From assembly GCA_965240325.2 (NCBI GenBank), contig OZ251226.1:620001-684000 (forward strand): 64,000 bases of DNA. The letters are read 5' to 3'. The position numbers and the translations under genes were made by a program. This document shows positions 55,141 through 64,000 of the stretch, piece by piece. The DNA is from Rebecca billardiae RCC1528 (Eukaryota; Protista; Haptophyta). The number at the start of each line of letters is the position of its first letter. The stretch's first letter is position 1. The notes below the pieces were generated by a model. That model saw only the letters and a program-made list of their open reading frames with translations, searched no databases and was not told the DNA's origin.

Positions 55141-56880
55141 TCATGGCGATGCCCTTCTGCATGTCCACGCGGGCGGCTCCGAAGCTCCGGCGCCGACGCG
55201 TCGGGCCGTGAGCGAGCCGTCACCGACGGCCACATTGAATTGCCCCGCGCTGTCGACGTAGATGCAGGCTTTGATCGGACACCACGACTCCAGCTCCGGG
55301 TTGTTCATGGATGCCCACCGCGCACGCTTGATGAGCTTGTGGCCCGATGTCGCGTCGCCGTCGTCGCCCAGCTCGAGCTCGAACTTGCTCTCGGTGCTCT
55401 CCGCGCAGTCCCACTTGCTGCCGATCAGCGCGGCGATGTACGGCATGATCTTCTTCTCCGTCTTGAAGCCGTTGTCGTGCTTGCCAAACCAACTCGCGCG
55501 CCGGCGGCCGTACACCGTCTGCCCCGCGACGCGCACGTTCTTTGGCTGGCCGCCGCCGCCTGCGGTCGGCCACGTGGAGATGTTCGCCATCGCCTCGTTG
55601 AACGCGCTGACCAGCCAATGGCCGGCGAGGTTGCCGTTCGCGGGCGGCAGCGGCAGCGGGCTGGGCGGGTACTCGCCGGAGAAGTGCCGCTTGTCCAGCG
55701 AGTACTCGCCGATCGTCCACGGCCGGCACGGCGTGCCATCCAGGTAGTACTCAAACTGGTACGTGTAGTGCAGGATCCAATAGCGCTCGAGGAAGCGCTC
55801 GAGCTGCTGCTTCGACGAGAGCGCGCCCGGCTCGACCTGGAAGTCCGCGAATAGCTGGTGCTCCAGCCCGATCGACGCGGCCGCGATCGCGTACCCCCAC
55901 ATCTCGATCACCCAGCCGAGCTTGCTCTCCGCCTCCTGGTCGGTCTTGAGCGCGATCGCCTTCTCGTGCCACACGGGCGTCACGCGCTCCAGGTCGCGCT
56001 TGTGGATAATGACGGGCGAGGGGCCGATCGGCTGCACCTTCTTGTAGTCGGCCGGCGTGCTCTGCTCCCCGGACGCCACCTTCCACACGCGGTGCACCAG
56101 CTGCTCGAACGCCGGGTTGGGGCCCATGTAGTTGAAGATGTACGCAGACGGCGCCCCGAGCCGCGCCGTGTTCGGGATGGCGTGCATGAAGATGTGGTCG
56201 GTCTCGGCGATGAGCACGTACTCCTCCGGGATCTTGGTGCGCCACTCCTCCGAGGCGAGCAGCTGCACTACCGAGTACGGCCTGTTGATCACGCGGTACC
56301 CGTGGAAGCGGGAGAGCTCGGCGTTCGAGTACTCCTTGACAAACACGCTCGGCACCTCGTCCTCCACCCCGTCCGGACGGGCGCCCTCGCTCGCGACGAG
56401 GCGCGTGAAGCCCGTCATCTCGGTGCACGCGCCGGCCGGATCGAGCGCGCGCTGCTTCAGCCAGTGTCGGTACATGATGCGGCACTGCCACTGCTGGTAC
56501 ACCTGGCCGGTCGCGGTGAGTATCGTGTGGTAGGGCTTGCGCGACGCAGGGCACGCCGCGGACGCTGGTGCCGGCCCGCTCGCGCCGGCGCTCGGGGCGG
56601 CGGGGTTCGGCGTCGACGCCGCTGAGGTGGCTGCCGCATCCGCCGCGCCATCGCTCCCCGCAGCTGGGTTGAGGCGCATGGGTTCAGGCAGATCGCCGGT
56701 GCTAGGGACGTGCTGCAGCTCCGCGCCAGCCCGTGCCGCGCTGTCGGCGCGAGCAGCCGGCGCGGCGGGAGCGACCGGCGCGACGGCGTCGACGAGGTAC
56801 GGCAGCACGCTGTACGCATTCACGGCCAGCACCACGAAGATTCCAACGCACGCCACGCGCCACGTGTTGCACCGCAACAT
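55141..56880 (-). CDS. HPAT: Hydroxyproline O-arabinosyltransferase-like glycosyltransferase (HPAT, GT95)
   Basis: Type II TM anchor; YQQWQCRIMY, GFTRL, NRPY, EEYVLIAETDHIF, PIGPSPVII and GWVIEMWGY motifs. Confidence 0.9.
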   Translation of the reverse strand: MLRCNTWRVACVGIFVVLAVNAYSVLPYLVDAVAPVAPAAPAARADSAARAGAELQHVPSTGDLPEPMRLNPAAGSDGAADAAATSAASTPNPAAPSAGASGPAPASAACPASRKPYHTILTATGQVYQQWQCRIMYRHWLKQRALDPAGACTEMTGFTRLVASEGARPDGVEDEVPSVFVKEYSNAELSRFHGYRVINRPYSVVQLLASEEWRTKIPEEYVLIAETDHIFMHAIPNTARLGAPSAYIFNYMGPNPAFEQLVHRVWKVASGEQSTPADYKKVQPIGPSPVIIHKRDLERVTPVWHEKAIALKTDQEAESKLGWVIEMWGYAIAAASIGLEHQLFADFQVEPGALSSKQQLERFLERYWILHYTYQFEYYLDGTPCRPWTIGEYSLDKRHFSGEYPPSPLPLPPANGNLAGHWLVSAFNEAMANISTWPTAGGGGQPKNVRVAGQTVYGRRRASWFGKHDNGFKTEKKIMPYIAALIGSKWDCAESTESKFELELGDDGDATSGHKLIKRARWASMNNPELESWCPIKACIYVDSAGQFNVAVGDGSLTARRVGAGASEPPAWTCRRASP

Positions 56881-57076
56881 GGCGGCTGGCGCGGAGCGGC
56901 GGCGCACGGGGTGGTGCTCCACTGCTCCCAAATAAGAAATAGAGGGGCTCCCGAGGCGACCGCGAGCTGGTTTTATTTCGGCGACAGGGGAAAAAAAAGC
57001 AACGGCCCGGCGGCGGCCGCTCGGCCCAGCCGCAGGGCCCGCCCGCTGGCGCTGGCTGAAGAGCCGTTATTTCAGC

Positions 57077-57545
57077 ATGGCAGAAGCACACGCGGGTGGC
57101 GAGGGCGACGCAAAGGGGAAGGATGCGCACGATTTGGCACAGGAGGATCTGGAGAAGAAGTACGTGATCAAGGTAGAGCACACGGACATGACCGAGGAGA
57201 TGCAAGAGGAGCTCAAAACCATTGTGAGGGAGGCGTTTTCCAAGTACACGGTTTACAAGGACCTGGCGACGCACGTAAAGCAGGCATTCGACACCAAGTA
57301 CCCTCCACCTGACAACAAGGCGACGAGCGGGGTGTATCATTGCGTCGTAGGTGCGTTGCACCGTTGCGTGCTGCCGCCCCGTCCCAGTGGTGTGAGGTTT
57401 CACCGGGTGTTCTCTCGGCTGCCGCGCCCACGCAGGGAGCAACTACGCAGTCTCTGTCACACACGAGACTCATTTCGCATGCCACCTGAAGTGCAACAAC
57501 ATCTCGGTCGTATTGTTTCGATCGAAGGACTCTCCATTCGACTGA
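57077..57545 (+). CDS. Dynein light chain (LC8 family); intron 57351-57435
   Basis: TDMTEEMQ, KDLATHVKQAFD, YHCVVG|SNYAVSVTHET and VVLFRS after splicing. Confidence 0.9.
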
Positions 57546-58125
57546 TCGCGCGGCGCGGAAACCTGGACACTACGTGGACGGGGCTGCACCACCCCGTGCC
57601 GCACGGTCGGCCAGTGGCGCCGCCCGCAGTCTGCCAGTCAGAACTGCGACGTGGCCGTGCGCCTGAATGTCGATCTAATGAATCTTGACAGTGACACTCG
57701 ACGGTCTGTCTAGCAGCACTTCAGACAGCCTGCCCACAGGGCCACACCCACTCCGGGCGGCACAGGCACTGCTGCCACTGCTCTGCACGGGCCGCCCTCG
57801 GGCCCGCCCCCCGGCCGCCCCGGTCCGGCGCGCCCCGGCGGTCCGCGGGGCCTGAGCGGCCTGAGCGGTGAGCCTCGCGGACGCGGACGGCGGAGTCGGG
57901 CTCCGAGTGGCTCCGACCGACTACCGAGTCCGAGTCGGCCGGCTGCTCGGACTGAAGCCTTCACTGAAGCTCATGAACAGACAGACACAGTCGACACCCC
58001 GTAAAGCGAACGGCGAAACGGGACGCGGGACTGACACGCGTGTAATTATTAAATAAATTATCAATTATCTGCGCGCCATCATTATTCGTCATTGATCATC
58101 AATTATACTACAATAATCGTCAATT

Positions 58126-59404
58126 ATGGCCCGCGGTGCAGGGCGGAGCGCGCAGCGTGGAGCCCGCACCAGCGGGCCCGAACCACGTTTCAAAACTTAG
58201 ATCTTTGATCAAGAAAAAAGGGACGGGGGGCGATTTTTAGGGCTGGCGGAGACCGAGTTTCGAGTTTTTGAGATCGCATAGAGAGGTCTATTAGGCCGAA
58301 AAACACCGCGTCCACGATATTCCCTAAGTAAAGTGCGATCTGGACGTCAGCCGGACGTGACTTTAGCGTCACGGTTCGTTACGAGCGAATCGTATTCGTC
58401 GTCCCGGGTTGCGTGACGTCCGGACTGGGCCACATCCGGATCGTCGGAGGTGACGTGCCCCGGCACGATGGCGGATGCGGGACGGCGCCTGCACGTGCCT
58501 CCGGACCCGCCTCCCGCTTGCTGCTCACGCAGTCAGCTGCGACCGTGGCGCATGATCGCAGAAGCAGTGCCGGCAGTACGGCCTGCATCAGCTAGTGCCG
58601 CGCCGTCGTGGCGCGCGCGGTAGTTGCGCGTTTGCAGCGCTCGCCGCTCGGCGACGGCACGCGCGTGCGGCTCAGGTGTGTCAAATGCGGTCTCGTCGGC
58701 GCGCTTTCGCCCGCCACCTCGTGCACCCGTGCCGCCAGTTTCATCGTCTTCATGAGGACTGCTGCTGCTGTCGCCATCCGCTCTCCATCACCCCGAGTGG
58801 CGAGTCGCGCGGCGCGCGCGGTAGGCAGGGCGTACGGTCACTCACCCGTGCAACGGCTAACGGGTCAAGTGGCCAGAGTACGTCTGGTCGTTGGCTGGCA
58901 CGGGCCGCAGCGCTAAAGCACCAGGCTGCTGTCACACCCGACTCCTTCAGTACTCCGAGCTCCGCGGCACGACTCACTCGGCACGATGACGATCGCGGAC
59001 GGGTCGGATCCGAGCTGATCAGCCAGAGTTGGACAGTTTGGCAGCTACTAGTAGTAATTCCGATGCCGATGGCACGATCGCGGACGGGTCGGATCCGAGC
59101 TGATCAGCCAGTTGGACATTTGGCAGCTAGTTGTCAGACGGACGTCCGATTTGACGACCGGTGCCGGGTGCGGTCTCAGGTCCGCTGCTGTGATTGTGTG
59201 AAGTGTGAATGAGTCTCGCGGTCGCGCAGGCAGGGCGACGGTCGGACTAATAGCTTCAGTCATCTCAGAACCGACTTCAACTGGCGAACTGCCACTACGC
59301 CGGAGAGCCGCGATTCGGCACGGCCTGACGGCCACCGCGGGCCCCCAACGGCAACTGGCAACTGCGTTGATTCTATGCAGAAAAGGACCGCGGAACGCGG
59401 TCAT
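58126..59404 (+). mobile_element. Non-autonomous Helitron2/Helentron-like element, copy 3 (~1.3 kb)
   Basis: AT-GGCCCGCGGTGCA at 58126-58140; CACCGCGGGCC at 59333-59343; hairpin at 59386-59402 followed by AT. Confidence 0.7.
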
Positions 59405-59432
59405 AACTACTTATGTCGGTCAACTCGCATCA

Positions 59433-59546
59433 GGGGGCTGGCCAGGGGCAGGGTAGGGCTGGAGAGTGGATTGGAGGCTCCGCCGGGCCGCCAGTCTGAT
59501 CACCCGGTGCCCGGCGTTATTATTATTATAATAAAAGGGGAATTTA
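59433..59546. repeat. Dispersed repeat family D copy
   Basis: Reverse-complement match to 22100-22174, with several insertions. Confidence 0.65.
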
Positions 59547-59970
59547 ATCGTCGCAGCCTACCCCCATACGAAAATTTGTATATACAAACTGACTGCTCAG
59601 TTACTGACGTGAGTGAGTGACATACGTGACGACTAACTAAGTCCGTTGCACCAGTAACCACTGTAGCCTAGCTTACTGTGGGCGGAGCGCTGCTAAGTAC
59701 GGCGCGGAGTCCCGGGGACTCACTGGGGATCGCGGCCACGGCCCGCTGGCAGCAGGCTACAAGCATCAACACGAGACTACTACTCTAGCGTATAAGGAGT
59801 ACAGTGAGTGAGTGCAGAGTGCTAAGTAGTTTGCTTCTGACTGCGTCCGGCGTCCCGCGACCCGCCCCTCAGACTCGCGTCGGGCGGCTCGGGCGGTTGC
59901 GGGAGTTGAGCTCGCAGTGCCGGTAGAGGAGTACCACGGGAACAAGGCGTAGGGCCGCTTCTGGACCACG

Positions 59971-60597
59971 TCAGCTTCTGAATCTGCGGTCCTCGCCTGC
60001 GGCCTGTCGTCTCTCTGCCTCCACGATCCGCGCCACGAGGTCAATGCTCGCCTGAGGCCGTCCACGAGCGAGCACGCGTTCTGTGGCTGGCATCCTGACA
60101 CGCGGAAATGCGTCCACTTGGGATCCATAAGATGAGGATCGATACGAAGCGCTCGCTTGCGTGGATGGGCGTTGGCGCCTCGCATCTCCGTCAGCTGCTC
60201 GAGACATCGCCAATGACGGCGAATACTCGTTGAAAGCCTCGAGCCAGTCCTCCGCGCTCATCAGCTTGAGCGTGTTTGGTCCAGTTAGCGAGTCAAGCTT
60301 TTTCTGACGCTCCAGCTTGTGACGAGCGAGATACTGGCGATGCTCTTGCGATGCAAGCGATTGACGCACGGTGCACGCCTCCTCCTCCGTCCGCATGTAG
60401 ATCACGTCCTTTTCGCTTCGCTCCCGCAGATTTGCGTTCGCGCGCTTGTGAAGGCGCTGGAGCATGCGCGCACGCCGAACTGCCTTCACGATTTGCATCG
60501 ATGCGTCATTGCTGTTATTCGCCTGCTTGTCACCACTCGCAGACTCGGCCAACGACGTGCGACTCTGTGAAGCCCCGACATCCGCCAGTGCAGCCAT
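59971..60597 (-). CDS. Hypothetical protein
   Basis: About 208-codon ORF with a helical, charged composition; no family recognised. Confidence 0.35.
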   Translation of the reverse strand: MAALADVGASQSRTSLAESASGDKQANNSNDASMQIVKAVRRARMLQRLHKRANANLRERSEKDVIYMRTEEEACTVRQSLASQEHRQYLARHKLERQKKLDSLTGPNTLKLMSAEDWLEAFNEYSPSLAMSRAADGDARRQRPSTQASASYRSSSYGSQVDAFPRVRMPATERVLARGRPQASIDLVARIVEAERRQAAGEDRRFRS

Positions 60598-60670
60598 TCG
60601 GACCTGCGTTGACTTCCGCGCCGCAACGACGCCCAACTTGATCGAAGACGCTGACGACTAAACGATTGTA

Positions 60671-60739
60671 CGGGCGTCAATCTCGCCTGCCTGAGCCAAA
60701 GCCTGAGCTGTGTGCGTCTCTTATTCTTAGTAAATTGTA
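60671..60739. repeat. Repeat family A terminal fragment
   Basis: GGGCGTCAATCTCGCCTGCCTGAGC...GTGCGTCTCTTATTCTTAGTAAATTGTA. Confidence 0.75.
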
Positions 60740-61884
60740 GCTGACGACGAAGCAACGGAGTGTTCCCCTCCTATGGACAGTAGGCTTATGGGACGCGACG
60801 ATTCGCGAGCCGACGAATAAGGTAAAAGAAGCCTGCAGGATGTGAGTTTTCGCAACCGTTACGATGACGGTTTATGAGAGTACATTTCCCAGTTTACCCC
60901 CCATACGGAGAGTTTTGAAGGGCACACTCGCCTCAATCACAATCTGAATGAATCGATCAATCAGACTCCGTCCGGACTTGATGAATGATACTGACTACAT
61001 CATAATTATAAAGGGGTTACCCCCATAGTTACATAGCTAGTTAGTCACTAAGTCACTCACTAGCCCGACCGCGGCCGCCTCCGTACGTAATTGTGATAAA
61101 GTATTTATTTACTTTTTGACCGTATTAGGCCGACGCCGATACCGCGCCGCCGGTGCCGGTGCGGCTAGCCTGGTCACGGTACCAGCCGCGGCGGGCTGCA
61201 TCAGCATATGCTGCGGATATGACGCGCCGAGGGCGAATAGCTCAGCTTATTAGACCTGCACGACTATATAATAATCCGCGATCCGGATCTGTTCGCCTCG
61301 GAACAGCGGTTATTCAAATTGTTCAGCCCGCGAATCAGGATCGACCTCTGGATGAGTCATCACTGACAGTCAGTGCCCGACGTGGCGACAAACTAGTCCG
61401 CCAGGATAAACTGTGCCCTGGCGGGCGCGGGGCGGGGCCGGGGGTGTCGGCGGGCCGCCTCCGCGTGCGTCACTGTGACCCGGGCCCGGCCCGACGCCGT
61501 GCCAGTGAGACTGTCGCAAGTTTTTTTATTATTATAAATAATAACGCGCAATATAATGTTTCCGGCTGCGGTTCGCACGGGCGTACGTTTCCACATTCAC
61601 TCGTGGCCGTGGGTGACGGACAGTCGGACCAGTGACAGCGGAAGTTCTCCCACTCACTGAGTCACGTGTACACGACACGTGCGGCGTGCGCATCAGCGAG
61701 GCCCACACTCGCCGAGTCCCTAGTCACCGGGGCATGGGGCTCGGCCGGGCTGGCCGGCCGCCGAGTAGAGCTGGCACTGCGATCGGGCACATCCTGGGTC
61801 ACTCGTGACGCGACCGCGCCCCCGATTCCTCGCCGCCGGGTGGCTGGCGCCGCGCCGATCGCTCTGACGGCACCACGCGCGCTC

Positions 61885-63090
61885 TCAGAGGGTGGCGTGC
61901 TGCACGTCCGGCCGGTCGGCCGCAAACGCGGGCCGGCCCTTCAGGTCGAGCTTGGCGAAGAGCTGCGTGTCCTCGTCGAACTCGGGGTTGGGCGTGGTGA
62001 GCAGCTTGTCGCCGGTGAAGATGGAGTTCGCGCCCGCCATGAACATGATGGCCTGGTCCATCTCGGTGAAGCTCAATCGGCCGGCGGAGAGCCGCACCAC
62101 CGTGCGCGGCATCACAATCCGCGCGGTGGCGATGGTGCGGCCAATCTCGAAGATGGTGGGAGGCGTCGAGCCGGCGAGCGGCGTGCCCTCGATGGCGACG
62201 AGGCTGTTGATCGGGACGGACTCGGGGTGCGTCTCCATCGTGGCGAGCTCGTGCAGCAGGCCGATCCGGTCCTCCACCCCCTCCCCGATCCCGAGGATCC
62301 CGCCGCAGCACACAGTGATGCCCGCCTTGCGCACGTTCTGGATCGTCTGCAGCCGGTCGTCGTACGTGCGCGTGGTGATCACGTTGGGGTAGTGCTCGCG
62401 CGAGGTGTCGAGGTTGTGGTTGTAGGCGGAGAGGCCCGCGGCCTTGAGCGCGCGCGCCTGCTCCTCGGTCACCATGCCCAGCGTGCAGCACACCTCGAGC
62501 CCCATGCCGCGCACGCCCTTGACCATCTCGAGGATGCGGTTGAACGCCGTCTTCTTGCCGCCGAGCTCGCGCCACGCGGTGCCCATGCAGAAGCGGGTCG
62601 AGCCGGCCTCCTTCGCGCGCTTCGCCGCCTGGAGGACCTCGTCGAGCTGCATCGTCGGCGACGCCTTGACGTCCGTCTCGTACCGCGCCGACTGCGAGCA
62701 GTACTTGCAGTCCTCCGTGCAGCCGCCGGTCTTGATGCTCAGCAGCGTGCAGCGCTGCACCTCGAGCGGGTCGAAGTTGGCGCGGTGCACGGCGGCCGCC
62801 TGGAACAGGAGCTCGGTGAAGGGCTGCTTGTAGATGGCCGCGATCGCCTCGCGCGTCCAGTCCGAGCGCGGCTCAGCGTCGGCCTGCAGCATGACGTCGG
62901 AGAGCGAGCGCGCCGGGCCCGGGAAGGACGAGGACGTCGACGGCGCGCCAGCCTCCGGCGAGGAGAGCGGCGGTGGCACCGGGGCGGATTGGGAGGGCGA
63001 GCTCAGCACGCTCGCCGCCGCGCGGCCGCTGCGGACAGCGCCCGGCACCCTGCGGCCCAGAGGCGCCGCGCCGCGCGCCAGGCTGATCAT
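61885..63090 (-). CDS. bioB: Biotin synthase (radical SAM) with a mitochondrial-type transit peptide
   Basis: CTEDCKYC, YNHNLDTS, HPESVPIN and GANSIFTGDKLLTTPN motifs. Confidence 0.97.
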   Translation of the reverse strand: MISLARGAAPLGRRVPGAVRSGRAAASVLSSPSQSAPVPPPLSSPEAGAPSTSSSFPGPARSLSDVMLQADAEPRSDWTREAIAAIYKQPFTELLFQAAAVHRANFDPLEVQRCTLLSIKTGGCTEDCKYCSQSARYETDVKASPTMQLDEVLQAAKRAKEAGSTRFCMGTAWRELGGKKTAFNRILEMVKGVRGMGLEVCCTLGMVTEEQARALKAAGLSAYNHNLDTSREHYPNVITTRTYDDRLQTIQNVRKAGITVCCGGILGIGEGVEDRIGLLHELATMETHPESVPINSLVAIEGTPLAGSTPPTIFEIGRTIATARIVMPRTVVRLSAGRLSFTEMDQAIMFMAGANSIFTGDKLLTTPNPEFDEDTQLFAKLDLKGRPAFAADRPDVQHATL

Positions 63091-63292
63091 AGTTGGCCGA
63101 CTCCTCGAGGCCGCCGTCCCCGACTGCCGATCGACAGCGCGCGTGGGGCCGCACGCCGGACTCCGGTGGTGATGATGACTGGTGACGCTTCGGCAGCCAC
63201 GCGACCGCGCGGGTAAAACGCGCTCGCCCGGAGCGAGGCAGCACGGCAGCGTCACGGCCGGCCATCTCGCGTCGCTGTCGCAGCACACCGCG

Positions 63293-64000
63293 ATGTATTG
63301 CCACCGCGTGCCCGAGTTCCCGCTCGACACGGCGGGCGAGCTGTACGGCACGCTCGCCAAGCGGCTTGCCGACTCGAAGGCCTTGTCCCTCGCCGAGGTG
63401 CAGGACCTCTTCTCCCTCCTCACGTCCGTGCGGCGCGACCTGCACGCGCACCCCGAGCCCGGCTTTGAGGAGAAGCGCACGCACGCGAGCCTTCGCCGGC
63501 TGCTCACCGAGCTCGCGGGCGTGCCGGAGGGCGCGATCCGCACGATGGCGCAGACCGGCCTCGTCGTCGACATCAAGGGCACCGCCGCGCCCAGGGGCGG
63601 CGGCGGCCGCGTGAAGACGATCGCGCTCCGTGCCGACATGGACGCGCTGCGCATGACGGAGAAGAACACCAACCTGCCGTACCGCTCGACGCACGAGGGC
63701 GTCGCCCACCTGTGCGGCCACGACGGTCACATGGCCAGCCTCATCGGCTTCGCCGCGCTCATCCAGCGCAAGGCCCCCTCGATCCCGTCCGACCTGACAG
63801 TCCGGCTCTTCTTCCAGCCGGCAGAGGAGGGGCCGGGCGGCGCGCTGCCGATGATCGCCGAGGGGTGCATGGACGGCGTGGACGAGGTGTACGGGTACCA
63901 CAACTGGCCGTCGGTGCCGCTCGGGCACATGTGGGTGCGCGCCGGCCCGATGATGGGCCACCCCACCGTCTTCGACATCATCATCAAGGGCCAGGGCGGG
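63293..64000 (+). CDS. M20D family amidohydrolase (hippurate/IAA-amino acid hydrolase-like), truncated by the window end
   Basis: RRDLHAHPEPGFEE, ALRADMDAL, HLCGHDGH, FQPAEEG and YGYHN motifs. Confidence 0.93.
   Translation, partial: MYCHRVPEFPLDTAGELYGTLAKRLADSKALSLAEVQDLFSLLTSVRRDLHAHPEPGFEEKRTHASLRRLLTELAGVPEGAIRTMAQTGLVVDIKGTAAPRGGGGRVKTIALRADMDALRMTEKNTNLPYRSTHEGVAHLCGHDGHMASLIGFAALIQRKAPSIPSDLTVRLFFQPAEEGPGGALPMIAEGCMDGVDEVYGYHNWPSVPLGHMWVRAGPMMGHPTVFDIIIKGQGG

Noticed and set aside
1-64000. tRNA, rRNA or autonomous transposase/reverse transcriptase genes
   Set aside because: None recognisable by eye; a tRNAscan-SE/Rfam run would be needed to exclude small RNAs.

Overview
Very GC-rich eukaryotic nuclear DNA, not prokaryotic. 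It has GT-AG introns (mostly GTGCG...CAG), DEPDC5/IML1, a dynein light chain, a CHTOP/ALY-type protein and a protein with a bipartite plastid-targeting leader. I infer an alga with a secondary red plastid, most plausibly a haptophyte such as a Pavlovales member; this is not verified. About 23 protein-coding genes occur as islands, including six head-to-head pairs, separated by repeat-rich spacers. Well-supported genes: a cyclic-nucleotide-gated K+ channel, a histidine phosphatase, DEPDC5, a HAD-IIB hydrolase, a TupA-like ATP-grasp protein, two sulfotransferase-like proteins, an EamA transporter, Hsp104/ClpB, a hybrid histidine kinase, a Sel1-MYND protein, HPAT, a dynein light chain, biotin synthase and an M20D amidohydrolase. 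Main observations: (1) one polypeptide carries four SLATT-like 2TM domains in a 2x2 arrangement; (2) an ORF shows the motif series of the actin cross-linking domain/GS-fold ligases; (3) the Hsp104 has a tandemly duplicated Hsp70-binding M-domain motif; (4) a family of Helitron2/Helentron-like elements has asymmetric terminal inverted repeats, a terminal hairpin and different cargo in each copy; (5) two long inverted repeats; (6) repeat copies diverge mainly by short insertions. All family assignments come from motif recognition by eye; no searches were run.
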